DNA of 64,000 nt from Tubiluchus corallicola (GCA_030141605.1 JAQGDQ010000600.1:62001-126000); one strand, 5' to 3'. Positions 1-13,297 are shown, numbered from the stretch's first letter. Notes: generated by a model from the sequence alone, not told the origin. Made by a program: numbers and translations.

Positions 1-1080
1 ACATATCGTTGCTTAGACATTCATAAAATGCTTTTTTAACTTTTCTTTTCACGCTAAAATTAAACCATAAAGTACAACCATACTTTATTCTTAAATAAAC
101 ATCTGAGTCATTCATAAAATGCCACATTTTTTACGTGATTCGGAATTTTGAATTCTTCTAAAAAATCCAAGTTTACGATTGCCAATGAAAATAGGTGACT
201 GTTGGTGAAAAAACGGCATCTGACGATTTCATTAGTCATGTTATCCTCACTCAGTGTGGGATTTATCCCCTTAAGGGAGTAGGTATGAACCGAAATGGAT
301 AATGTAAGTCTGCCAATCGATGCTTTATCTTAAAGCAATGGTTCTCAACCTGTGGGATTCTTTCCACGAGGGAAAATTGGGAGGGTAAATGAAGTTAGAG
401 ATTTGATGTCCCAGAATTCTACATATTGTACGTAGGTAAATGCAAGTACAAAGGTCAAGTATAAAAACTATCCCAAGTAAAATATGACCGAGTTTTCCTG
501 GTAATAAACAAGTTCCGGGCCTGCCGCACAGGACAAGAAATTTTTGTAAAATTTCTGATTTTAAAAAAATCGTCTTGAAATATTTTTACCATTTGCCTGC
601 TCTCTTATTGCATACAGAGCTTGTATGCAGTAACTCTATAAAAAACTAGTGAATTTAAACTCCCGTGATGACCGTTAGGTGCAGCCATATTAACATGCTA
701 AGTCACTTGAAAAAAGTTCAAGTACATCGTGTAAAGTTTGGAAATATAATCAGAGCATTCGTAGCATATTTGTCACCAACTAAGCAAAGTGCAAATTACT
801 TTATCTTGTTAATAAGATCAATAATATGCTTATTGTTGAGCCAGTGGTGCACACTGGGATACAGCGATGTTTTACTAGTTGGCGCGAATATTTTGCATTA
901 TTAAGACATTTTTTTCGATTACAGTCTTTCAAACAGGTAAGCCCAGTGCTAAGTAATGTAACTTTGTATGGAAAGTTATTGGGATATAGGGCCTTAAAAT
1001 TGCCTTTTCTTTCTTTTTAATTCAGACCGCGAGTCACGTGATATCACGTGAAACAAACTAACATTATCGGGTGAGATCGT

Positions 1081-1630
1081 TTTTTTTATTATTTTTATTT
1101 TATTATTATTATCACATTCAGTACAATATAATGACATTAAGCACGCAGTGACATCAAAATTTTATTACATCATACTTTATTAAATTCTTATGTTTCATAC
1201 ACTATCGTTATCATAAAAAAGAATAATTGTACTGCAGTGGGCTAGAGAAGCAAAGGCTTGTATAAGCCCACTGTCATGTGAACCCGATAAAAAAAGAATG
1301 GATGAGTGAACAAAAAAAAAGAACTGGGAGAAAGGTTAGATCACACAGGAAGGGTAGAAGGATGTGTTAGTGAAAATGGTAGGAAGAAAGATAATAGATT
1401 GTGCGATGTTTACATCAGCTCTAAAGATTTATCAATGATGCCTTGTTTTGTATAATCTGTACCAGGATTGTGGTATGACTGCTACAGTAGGTGTAGGATA
1501 TTAGGAAGTGTTGTACTTGTTGAGAATCATTGCTCTGTATTTCTCTTTAAATTTTTGAATTGGCTGAACAGTTTTTAATTCATCATTTATATCATTCCAA
1601 AGCCTTTTGTACAACCTTCACCTATTCATG
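1081..1630 (-). mobile_element. 3' fragment of an L2/CR1-type LINE
   Basis: Minus strand near 1540-1620 reads GCTKRLWNDINDELKTVQPIQKFKEKYR (typical LINE ORF2 C-terminal WN..L..FK pattern), followed by a stem-loop (CAGTGGGCT...AGCCCACTG, 1235-1273) and an A-rich tail at ~1081-1110. Confidence 0.45.
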
Positions 1631-2129
1631 TAGTTGGAATACTTTATTTACAACAAATTTTTATTATGCCTTCGACTAATTCATGAATTATTGATTTTTA
1701 ATAAGCAACATCCTCGATTGGTCATCATTTTTAACTTTTCGCTTTGACATGGTTTTAATAAAGTCTAAAATATTTATTGTTCCCTTAATCTTTATTGCCT
1801 CAAGATTTTTATCAAGGATTTTGCGTAAATGTGATTTAAAAAATCCTTTAAGCATTCTCACTTAATAAACTCACGAAAACAATTAAACGCTTCAAAGAGT
1901 TTATATTTTATTTCTCATCTTTGCAACTTAGGCGATAAGTCTTCATTGTACAATCAGAAATACTTGGACAGTCGTCCAACAGATGGCAGCATCCGCAGCC
2001 CAGTAATGATCAAACGTAAGCAATCATGTACAGGCTTGTGGGGTAATTTTTTGACGTTCCACTGATCGTACTGATCTCTTATTATGAAAAGAAAAATTCT
2101 TCCTTCCCTGCTAAGGTCTGCCTTGTTAA

Positions 2130-2132
<3 letters not shown>

Positions 2133-2174
<42 letters not shown>

Positions 2175-2640
2175 CTTCTCTCTCTCTCTCTCTAGACCAG
2201 TCAACGAACTTACGTCCACCTAACTACCTACCTGCCTACCTACCTACCAGCCTTCTTACCTACGTACCTACCTACTTACCTACCTGTCTACCTACCTAAT
2301 TACCTACCTACCTATCTACTACCTACCTACCTACCTACTTACATACATACCTACCTACCTACCTACCTACCTACCTACTTACCTACCTACCTACCTACCT
2401 ATCTACCTACCTACCTACCTACCAACCTTCTTACCTACGTACCTACTTACCTACCCATCTACTTAACTTCCTACCTACGAACCTACGTACTTACGAACCT
2501 ACCTACGTACCCACCAGCCTTCTTACCTATATACCTACCTACCTACCTACCTACCTACCTACCTACCTACCTACCTACCTACCTACCTACCTACCTACCT
2601 ACTTACGAACCTACCTACTTACCTACCCACTTTCCTACTT
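2133..2640. repeat. (CT)n followed by (CCTA)n microsatellite
   Basis: Directly visible simple repeats. Confidence 0.95.
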
Positions 2641-3761
2641 ACGATTGACCGACCTATTCACCAAACAACATACGAACTTATTGACTTGCCTAGTAAATAC
2701 CTGCCCTCTTTCCTCTCTGTTTCTTTACTAAACATCCTCCATCCGTGTATCTATGACCATCGATTTTGCAGTTACTGTACCAAAGTTATCTTTCTTTTAG
2801 CAGACCTATAGTCTTGTTGCCTGACTGATTTCTGTGATTTTTCATCCCCCTTCTGTTTCTTGCAACATTATTTATCTTTGTTTTACTCCGACCTCCAAAA
2901 AAATCATAAGTTTCTCCTGCTTGACGACACGACAGCGTCCTTGAAATTTATCCTGGACTTTTACTGCTAAACATCTGTCCACCTCCAACTGACAGGACAC
3001 TTTTTATTTATTGTCAAGCCGAAACTTTCTCCCAACCTGTTTTATCTGTTTCAAGGATAAAGCAATCTGTGTCACAAACACAGTAACAACTGAAACTATA
3101 AGTCTCAATAATGGCCCTTTCACACAGTCAAATGTTGCAATAGCAATCTAGCGTATTTTGGGGCAACGAAAACAGAAAAGTTTTTGTTTTAAGTTAATTA
3201 TCGCTAGATTTGTTTATCCTTGGATTAGATTGGATGGGTGTCATTACTATGCATAACAGTTGTTTTGTTTGCTGCTCATTTACACAGAGAATTTAGTAGT
3301 AACTGTACGCATTTTGGTCAAATGAATTAAGTTCATTATTTTCTAAGCTAATCGAAAAGTTTGCGTGTTCGAAAATTAGACGATTTAAATTATTTTGTTA
3401 TTAATAAGTTTTAGGATTAAATTAGACATTAATTTGCGCTCTGACCTGAAATCCAAAAGTTCATTTCAAGCTTTAATATAAAATACAAAAGTTCTTACAA
3501 ATTATTATATTTAAAGTAATTAAAAATTTGTCGAGGAGACAATGCCATGAGTAATATCATCCATGCGCTTGTGCTTGTGTGCATGCGTGCATGCGTGTAT
3601 TTTTGTCTAAAGCTCTTTCTAAGCACTTGTATACATATTGTCATTGAAGTCAGCTATTTGTGCTTTATTTACTGTGTAAAGCATAAATAAGTATTTTATT
3701 TATATTTATTTATTTTTATTTATTTTCCTGTTCTTCTCATTATAAATCACGTAACAGCCTT

Positions 3762-4138
3762 GTAAACCCACAAATAGCGAAGTTATGATACCAAACTTGA
3801 AAGACAGGAAATGTGAAAAAGTTAGGTTCCAAGCTGGATTTGAACCCGGGAATTCTGGTTACATCGCGGACATCACTAGGCCACCAAATCTCCCAGTGAT
3901 CAACGCAGTCCGAAATTCATCCTTTTCACAATCTAAGCAATCAAACATTGGAACGTGAATTTCGTTGTTCAGGTGCCAGTGATATGTCTGAACTGTCTAG
4001 ATCACTGAATAATGTGATGACTTAGGCGTTTGTAATATAAGCGGAGAGTCCCTGGTTCAAATACAGGCCGCGTCACAATTTTTTCGCATATCCTGTCCTT
4101 CAAGTTTGGTGTCAAAATTTAATTAATTGTGGGTCTGT
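3762..4138. mobile_element. palindromic element with two divergent tRNA-like arms
   Basis: Imperfect long inverted repeat (CCAAACTTGAAAGACAGGAAATGTGAAAAA / TTTTTCGCATATCCTGTCCTTCAAGTTTGG) with B-box motifs on both strands (3836-3846 minus, 4054-4064 plus). A single-arm homologue lies at ~21720-21900. Confidence 0.6.
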
Positions 4139-5954
4139 GAGATCATTAATAATAATTTTGACATTAATTAACATTAGAATAATTTACAAATCAAGTAGTT
4201 AACAGAACGTGTAGTAAATGACAGGTGTACAAGACGAGGTTTGAAATGTCATGGGCGGTGAGCTTCAATAGATGCAATAATATTTTTATATGAAAGTTTC
4301 TGCATCTATAAAAGTGCAGTTTCAAGGTTGCCGTGTTGTAAAATCTCATGTCATTTCACTAAAGTTCAAAATAACTACTTATATATTCAACTGCTTTCGA
4401 ATAAACATTATACAGCATGCATTTGATATATGATTTGATCATTATTTAATGGTAGGATAATATTTTTAAATGAACGCATGACGTCATAACCTTACATGTT
4501 AATCATCTACTAATGCATCTACTTATGCATCTGCCTAAAGCATCTACTGATGCATCTACTTATTTAAAATTAAGAAATTACAAAAGAAATTTTTACAAGA
4601 GCTACAAAACGCAGGAGGACATGTCACTAGTGCACAACAATCTGTGAAAAATTAGGCAAAATTAATAATTCAATCAAAATTTGGAAGGAAAATGATTGTC
4701 GTTTGCACAGATAATAATGCTATGAGGCACGTACTTGGGATGTGGCAACCGAGTACATTAAATGGAGAACACTAGCGCAACAGAAGTTGAGCAACACTGA
4801 GCTAGGAAATGGATGGGTAACTGGCTACAAAATTGCTGGCACTTTCAGCTTCGATGACGCTCGAGGCAGACGTGTGTGAACAGGAGAAGACGATTTAGTA
4901 TCTCATCCCAGATGACGTCCTTGGTAATTAAATAGATCCCGGTCCTGCCATAATTACTTACATGATTTAAGCTCTGTCGTATGGTAATAGAATACTTGTC
5001 ATTGAAAGTCTTGACATACAAGTATGACATTTTACACAAACAAACTGAATCAAACGTTGTATTTATTCGAGGCTGGATCCAAATGGCTACTCATCTGGAA
5101 GTTGTTCTTGTTATTGTTGTTATTTATTAAATAAAAGCCAAGTGTAGTGACGTAGGTCTCCATCTATAGGTACAGTCGAGCAGTTTTATTTTGACCACGT
5201 ATATTGTAGGCAGATGATCAACTGACCGTCCAGTCGTACACTTAAATGACACGGTCACCCTGAACAACCGTTCTGTAACTTTTGCTTGTCAAAAATGAAG
5301 AAATCCATACAGCGTAGCTTAATAAACTGAAGTGTTTGATAAACACTGGCTCCCCCTAGCTAATCAGGACTCACTGAGTCGGCAGATATGCAACTTATAC
5401 AAAATAGATACCGGTCTCGCCATCATTGTATACAAAACAAAAATTAAATGGTGAAATGGTGCTTTTTGTGGTTATTATGTATGTTTAATAAATATTAACT
5501 GAATTAAATTAGTTGTTGCCGCCTCTCTGATTATCTTAATTTTATTATTAATTTGACGGCGGGGAATCCACCTCAGGTCTCCAGCTAGCAGCTGAATCGA
5601 CACAGCTTGCACTCATTAGAGCAGCTTTAATTTGACCATCGTCCTTGGGCAGGTGACCAGCGGTCATTTTTGATTTGCCCAACCATTCACACAATCTCTT
5701 GCTTGTCAGATCTCGAGTTGTATGATGCTTCAGATGCTTTTTATGCTTTATCTGATCAAGTCACTCCCAGTAATGCATGTCAGTGGGATGAACTGAACGA
5801 TGATACGCCTGGATGGACAGTCAATATACCCGGATGGATGGTTGTTTCCAAGGTAAGTCGCAGCGGCCACGTCAGCAGGTAATTATTATTCCATCACAGG
5901 CAGGTAAAACTGGGGGTTTAGACAGGTAGGACTGGAGGTAGAGCCAAGCTAGCG

Positions 5955-6042
5955 TATAAAACTAGTTGCTGTTTGGTGTTGAAAGTGAAAGTCGTTAGTG
6001 CAAGAAACAGCCAAGCATTAAAGCTACTGCTAGAACAACAAG
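5955..6042 (+). promoter_or_regulatory. TATA box and probable non-coding first exon of the acidic-protein gene
   Basis: TATAAAA at 5955-5961. Donor AG|GTGAGA at 6042/6043. A downstream acceptor TTTTCAG at 7369-7375 immediately precedes the ATG. Confidence 0.55.
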
Positions 6043-6302
6043 GTGAGAAAGTTTATCACTATTTTATCAGAAGTGCATTTGATAGAAAAACTTACAAACT
6101 GTTTGAGAGCAAAGTTAATTACGTCAAAGATAATTACTGTTTGATACAAAATCTTCCTGAACAACATTTCTGTTTTATTTCTACAGCAAGTTATCAGACG
6201 TCAATTTATTTCAGTAATTGTAAATTACAAAAGTAAATTAACTGCATGAACTGCCCTTTTTTATTAATTTATTTGTAAGCTGTGCAAATGATTAAGCTCG
6301 TG

Positions 6303-6346
6303 GTTGTTATTATTATTATTATTATTGTTGTTACTATTATTATTAC

Positions 6347-6380
<34 letters not shown>

Positions 6381-6497
6381 GTTGTTGTTGTTGTTGTTGT
6401 TATTATTATTATTATTATTGTTGTTGTTGTTGTTGTTATTATTGTTATTATTATCATTACTATTATTTATTATTATTGTTATTATTATTATTATTAT
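6303..6497. repeat. (ATT/GTT)n microsatellite
   Basis: Directly visible. Explains the poly-L/I/V ORFs. Confidence 0.95.
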
Positions 6498-6787
6498 AAA
6501 CTTTTACTTTGAATGAATTTTCTGATAAAACGTTTTGTAATAATAATTATAACTGCAATTCATGCATTTTATTTAATTATATACTATATAATTACTGAAA
6601 TAAATTGACTAATACTGTTAGGAGTGATTTCTTTTTAAGTTTCACTGAAGCACTTACGACTAACCAGTGATATCGTAATACTATAACAATAGCAAAAAAA
6701 GCGCATATGTTATTGACTGTGATAAAGCCAGAAAAAGCCTATCTTTCGTTCTCCCTACTTTACATTGAACACAGTCATGCTATAACA

Positions 6788-6827
<40 letters not shown>

Positions 6828-7375
6828 TAATATGTCAAAATTTGTGATCTATTACTATTATTACTATAACATTATCATACGATCATAGTCTGTAGTACTT
6901 TATTATAAGCGAACTATTTTCATTCATAAAATTTATTTCTTGAAAAGGACATCAGTTCACAATGGTTCTTCTTTTTAGGTCACAGACGTCACCACTTTGT
7001 ACACTTTGTACACAATAAGACCGTTTCCAGCGACTTTGTCGCCCCCTACTAAAATTATTCTTGAACTAAGAAAGCGCAAAGTTCTTTAAAATAAAACAAA
7101 AATAAAATATCTATCTATCTATTTATTTTGCTTATATATATATACACACATGCAAACATTAACACAAACATACATACAAATTGTTATTACATTGAAAAAA
7201 ATTATAAACTAAACGAGTTACTAAACTATCTATCTATATATATAGCAAAATAACATCAAGGTTAAATTCTGAATTGTGAGAAAACAGTTTAAATGCAAAT
7301 ATGAGGTTATAAAAAACATTTAAGTATTTATGAACTTTCTATGCTATTCTAAAAATCAAATCTTACGCTTTTCAG

Positions 7376-9866
7376 ATGAGGCTGTTAACTATTGGATTAC
7401 TAGTGGCTCTCCTAGCGGTGGGTATATTTAGTTAATATTTTATACAACCTCGTGCTATAACAAATTATACTATAATGTGCTATAGTTATGTACTTAGTCA
7501 GGTAATAAGTACTGAATAGGAATTTTAATTCAACGATGTTTTTTGCCTACACAAGGTCGTTTTGAATCAGTATGCTTATTTTGTATGTCTGATAGAGTTG
7601 ACAGCAGCCATGAACCATACATTATTGCTTGTAAAATGACTATTTCATATTCTAGTTTATAGAGTTACCTTGTAAAATTATACTTCTTGTTTTAACTTTT
7701 AAAAATATTTTTTGTTTCAAATCAATAATTCTTCACAACTAAATCCTTTGAACTTATGATTAAAATTTTAGTTATTAACCATCTGAATCTCCCCCCCCCC
7801 CGTGTATTTCATGATTTGTTAGAGCCGCTCCTTAAGAAAGTGTGTGTTGTCCCATAGAATCTTGGGCTAGCTACTAGCTTAGGGGTCGTAGTGTGTGCTT
7901 TGAAACTGAAGTTAAACATCAGTGAGTAAAGATTGGTCAGTAAATGGATGCGCTATCGCCGGGAAAATTGAAACTAAGCATTTCTGTTTTTGGAAAGCGT
8001 CCGAGTGTTCTGTCTGCACAGCCACAGTGGCCTAGTATTAAATACCATCAGTAATAAACAGGTCACTGTAGAATATGAAAAACTATGTTCTTCTTTAGTT
8101 TTGAATATTGAATTGTACAGGATAAAGTCAACAGGAAGTCTGGCCTCTCATTTCAGCAATGGATTTTGAACAGAGTTCATAACTGGTTTTATTTTATTAC
8201 AAACGGCGTACGACAACTCACTCTCCTTCTTTGGTTAAGCCCTTTTTTGACCTTTAACATCTTTATGGCTGTTGAGCTGCTCCGTCTGCAGGAAACAGTT
8301 TTACTTGTTTAGGCCTAATATTATAGAACATCAAATTAATTAAGGAATAGCATCTTTAATGAACATTTAATTAATGATTCCTCATAAAAATAATGGAAAT
8401 TTATGTAGCTGCACTGGACAAAGACGCTGATTATAATTAAAAATGAGGGGAAAGAAGGAAAGGAAATCTACATTGCGCGTTTATACAAAATCAACCTGTT
8501 CACATAAACTAAACACAATCATTGATTCATTATAGTAATTGATATTTCTATACATTAACTCTTTTACTTCTAGTTTATAAGACAGATCATCTCTACATTA
8601 AAAGAAATGGGAAATTTGTTAATCCTATAGCGACCCAAATTATAACAAGCCTATTGTGTATGTACTGTTTATGTGTTAATATTTTATGTATGTAAAATGC
8701 GTTTGTCCGTTTTTAATGTTAATGCATTTTAAATATTCATTAAATTATTATTCATTATTAACTATGTCGTAGTGCGCGTTGGCTTACAATCTCGTCCAGG
8801 CAACGTGTCTAGCCCGCGCCAAACCAGTTCAGCAAGAACCACAGCAAGCTACAGAGAGACCGGGTGGTATAATTCAGTAGTAGAATGCTCGTTACCTCTT
8901 TGAAGGGTCGCCGGTTCAATTCCCGACCAAATCATTCCTAATACTTACAAAAAGGAACCGCCGGTTCTTCAACCAAGCAAGCAAGGTTTACGGAAGTAAC
9001 ATGTGGATAATAATAGTAATATAGTCCACATTTGAAACAAGCATTGAGTTACTTAAGGTGTTGTCCGTGGACTAGGTCCTAAACCAAATTATTATGCTGT
9101 TTATATTGATATAAGCGTTAACAGACACTATCCAGATTTGAACCGTCCAAAAACTACCATCTATTGCCAACGCATTACCATTAAATTTACACTGAATAGT
9201 TTTGTATGATGTTCCCAAGTCGTTACAACCTGTACAGAAGTGCCCACACCAGCTGCATTGATTGGTCTCCTGAACTGACTTGTCGTAGGCCATGTGGTCA
9301 AGGTGAACAAGAGCCTGTCACGACACACTGATACGTCACTGTGCGCATGACCTTTCTGGCTTTGCTGCAGCCGATACTCAGGGACCAAAGCTGTAGTCTT
9401 TATATATCGTGTACAGCCCCAGGCTGTGTAATTCTTACAGGATATGTTTGACTCTCACGGTCAGATGCATCCTTGCTATCCAACCATTATAAAATCATGC
9501 TTTGCTGTCATTTGTCAACTTGTTGTTAAACCACGCCCACATTTTCGTCAAGAAATTGAGCATCATTCGTCTATCACTTTTACGAGCAGCAATTTTAAAT
9601 CTGCGTCGTAATACATCGAAAAACACATTATTTTTTCAGTTGACAACAATGTTGTTGCCACAATGATCATTCTTGTCCTCTTTGCTGTTGTCGTCATCAT
9701 TATCATCGTCGTCCTTGTCCTTGTAGTCGTCGTTCTCGTTGCTATTGCTAATCAACATTTGCTGATGTTGACAATGTATCACTGGCTATAATAGTAGCAG
9801 TCATGGCTGTTGCTACTGTTGTCATCACTGTCGTTATTGTTGTTCTAGTTGTTGTTGTCGTCGTCG

Positions 9867-9912
<46 letters not shown>

Positions 9913-11894
9913 TGTTATTGTTGTTGTTGTTGTTGCTGCTGCTGTTGATGATGATGCTGTTTTCCTGCTGTTTTTATTATCACTGTCTTTGTAATTGTTG
10001 TCGTTGTCATTATAATTTATTATTATTTTTTCATACTAAAATAAATGCATTTCCTTGATGTCTGTTTGTTGTTTCTTCCGTTTTACAATGTTGCGTTTCT
10101 ACATTCATTTTAAAACAGGTAAAACTTCTCTGTGCGTTTCTGGGATTAGTTCAAACAAACTGGGATAAACGGGTTCACTGCCTACAGTTCGTGTTTAATC
10201 AAAGATCACTGAACCTCCAGACTTGTCCAACAAACAAACCAGAATAAACGATGAAAACTTTTGCGATTACATTCCGCTCAATGAATTAAAATTGGCAGTC
10301 TCGATCAAACTTTTGCGCTTTCCGCATGGCCGATCTTAAAATAATTGTATTCTAATTGGAATGTATACAGCAGTTACTGCAGTTGGACAGGTTGTAGTCG
10401 GAATTTATAACTAATATAAAATATGGTTTATTACCTGAAGTTGGTTGGAAAATTTATTCCGTATCCTGCCAAAATCTTATATTAAAGGAAACTCAAAGCT
10501 TCTGGAAAGTTAGGTTTATTTATACGTTGGCGAAATTTTTTGAAGGACAGTAACAAAAGCGTGATAAGCGCTTCGTTTAATTAGTAAAGTCACTTTAAAG
10601 ACGCAATCATTTCACGCTTGAGTGCTACCATTTTGAACGACCATTATTCCACCAATGACGTCGTTAACGAACAGTCAATTTCCGTCAAAAGCACAAAAAT
10701 TTTGCAAAATCATTAAATAGCTAATTTTGTGATATTTTGTATGAACATTAAGCAAGTTACAGAAGTTCGAACTGTTAAGTTACGTCATAATTTTCAAGTG
10801 AATGGCGGCTACCACCACGCCTGAAAATTTCTATACTACAGTAGTATAAATTAACTTTCTATACTTTTTTGCAAATCTTTTTGTTGTATTTTTCTAAGTT
10901 GTAGTGGTAAGAGTAGAATAAACCGAACATACCAAGTGACTTGTTCTTTCCTTTAACGTTTTTCTTTGTAGATGGAATGGAATTTGAATTTCCGACCAGG
11001 TGTTGCTAAATGTTACTTTTTTTGAACCTGACAGCTAAAAGTAAAAATTAATTAGAAAATCGTTTTTTCTTGCAGTTAGCTGCGTCCTATCCTGTGGACC
11101 AAGAAGCTCCTTCTGACTTAGGCGAAGTAGAATTAGGGACAGAAGATCAAGAAACGCCCGTAGATTTACCAGAAGAGGAAACGGAAGATGAAACGGATGA
11201 ATTTCCCGTAGAAGAACAAGAAGAAGAACAACTGGAAGAACCTGCAGTTGATGATGATGAAGAAGAAGAGCAAGAACTTACAGAAGACGAAACCATTGAA
11301 AACGAGCTGGTTCCAGTTGAACTGCTGCAACCAGAAGCAGATGTAAGAACAATTGACGATGACGATGAATACGAAGAAACTTGGCCCATTCCTTACGACT
11401 GGTATAACGATTATGAAGACGAGTATGAAGATGATGAAGAGAATGAAGATAACGAACTAACCAGTTATGATGACGAAGAAGATCTTTATGAAGATGAAGA
11501 TGAAGATGATGACATTGAGGATGAGGATGACGAAGACTTTGACGATGAAGATGACTTTGACGACGACGATGAAGATGACTTTGACGAAGGCGATGACCAA
11601 GCGCTCGACGAAGACGATTTTGACGAGGATGAATTCGAAGATGAAGATGCGGAAGATGTTGAAAATGATGAAGATGAATTTGAAGACGAGAACCAAGAAG
11701 ACTTCGACGAAGATGACGAAGATTTTGAAGACGACGATGAAGAACTCGACTACGAGCCATTTGAAGAACAATATGATGATGATGAAAATGACGAGGAGTT
11801 TGATGAGACTGAACCAGTAGGAGATGACTTTAAGAACTACTGGTATGACAAAACGTATGGAAAGGAAGATGATTTTGACTCAAAATACTATTAA
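7376..11894 (+). CDS. secreted, extremely acidic Asp/Glu-rich protein (286 aa; biomineral-matrix/Ca-binding-like)
   Basis: join(7376..7417,11076..11894). Exon MRLLTIGLLVALLA ends at donor GTGGGT (phase 0). The acceptor TTTTTTCTTGCAG opens LAASYPVDQE..., completing a signal peptide. About 153 of 272 residues of the large exon are D/E, encoded by mixed GAT/GAC/GAA/GAG codons (not a microsatellite). Confidence 0.85.
8858..9000 (+). mobile_element. tRNA-derived SINE fragment
   Basis: A-box-like TGGTATAATTCAGTAG and B-box GGTTCAATTCC followed by a non-tRNA body. Confidence 0.5.
10486..10952. mobile_element. Kolobok-like MITE
   Basis: TTAA|AGGAAA ... TTTCCT|TTAA ends. Internal sequence is homologous (inverted) to 30110-30480. 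Confidence 0.55.
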
Positions 11895-12349
11895 ATATTG
11901 TCAACTGCAGGTAAATTAAGTGACAAATCATTTTTGTCGAATAGTTGGCAGTTCTTTGACCGTTTTGTAATTGTTTTTTCTAATGGAAAGTCTGATGAAC
12001 ATAAAGCAGACATACAAGAAACTTAAATGATAATTTTGATTTACTGTTCAATTTTCATTTCAAAGATTTATTTCAACATTCTATCCTTAAAACGTTCCTT
12101 TTATCCTCGTTCAATGATACGAAAACAGAAAGTCAGCTAAACCGGATGTGCGGGGCAGTTTCCGGTTTTTCCTTTCATTAGTTCGTTGTATGTTTTTGTA
12201 TATAAGAGAAGAAGTCATTGTTCTTAGCAGCACAGTAGATTTTTTATATAAAATAAACTGTTTGTAGTATGCAAACGTCGTAAGCTTTTTGCTCTCTGTA
12301 ATTAGATTATTCTGGTTTCGACTAGCAATACGCAATACAGTAGCATTAG

Positions 12350-12796
12350 CTTGTTGCTGTTGCTGCTGCTGCTGCTGTTGCTGTTGTTTTTGCTTTTGTT
12401 GTTGTTGTTATTGTTGTTGTTGTTGCTGTTGCTGCTGTTGCTGTTGCCGATGCTTCTGCTGCTGGTGTTGCTCCTGCTGCCGCTGCCCTGCTGCTGTTGT
12501 TGCTGCTGCTGTTGTTGTTGTTGCTGTTGTTGTTGCTGTTGTTGTTGCTGTTGTTTTTGCTTTTGTTGTTGTTGTTATTGTTGTTGCTGTTGCTGCTGCT
12601 GCTGTTGCTGCTGTTGCTGTTGCCGTTGCCGATGCTTCTGCTGCTGGTGTTGCTCCTGCTGCCGCTGCCCTGCTGCTCCTCCTGCTGCTGTTGTTGCTGT
12701 TGCTGCTGTTTTTGTTGTTGTTTTTGCTGTTGCTGTTGTTGTTGCTGCTGTTGTTGCTGTTATTTTTGCTTTTGTTATTGTTGTTATTGTTGTTGT

Positions 12797-12829
<33 letters not shown>

Positions 12830-13010
12830 CGATGCTTCTGCTGCTAGTGTTGCTCCTACTGCCGCTGCCCTGCTGCTCCTCCTGCTGCTGTTGCTGTTGT
12901 TGCTGTTGTTGCTGCTGTTGCTGCTGTTGTTGTTGTTGTTGTTTTTGCTGTTGCTGTTGTTGTTGCTGTTGTTGTTGCTGTTGTTGCTGCTGTTGTTTTT
13001 GTTCTCTTCG
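12350..13010. repeat. (CTG/TTG)n microsatellite with higher-order repeat
   Basis: Trinucleotide tract containing three copies of CCGATGCTTCTGCTGCT...GCCGCTGCCCTGCTGCT. A shorter tract with the same 5' flank lies at 16475-16630. Confidence 0.9.
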
Positions 13011-13297
13011 TCGTTCAATTAATTCATTCACTCAGCCATTCATTCGTTGTTAAATGTTTACAATGTGTACAAAAATGATATCATAGTTTAGTTGGCTATT
13101 ATGTCATTTTGCAAAAACTAATATTCTTAGCAATGACGTCAATAATTATCTAACAAACATCTGGCAACTACAAACAAACTGCAGTACAACTTAGACGAGT
13201 ACAGATCAATTTCTTTTAGACTAATACAGTAAATGTTACACTGCATATATATATATAACGGGATATAACGGCATATATATATATATATATATATATA

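Noticed and set aside
11147-11820. Overlapping ORFs (Ser-rich, His/Arg-rich, MKMK-rich, Phe/Ile-rich) over the acidic exon
   Set aside because: Shadow frames of GAN-rich codons. Only the D/E frame connects to a splice acceptor and a signal peptide.
12289-13053. Long poly-Cys/Leu/Gln/Ala ORFs
   Set aside because: Open in nearly all frames because of CTG/TTG repeats, with no splice or domain support. The same applies to the ORFs at 6269-6516, 14953-15439, 22299-22821, 53420-53829 and 62176-62859.
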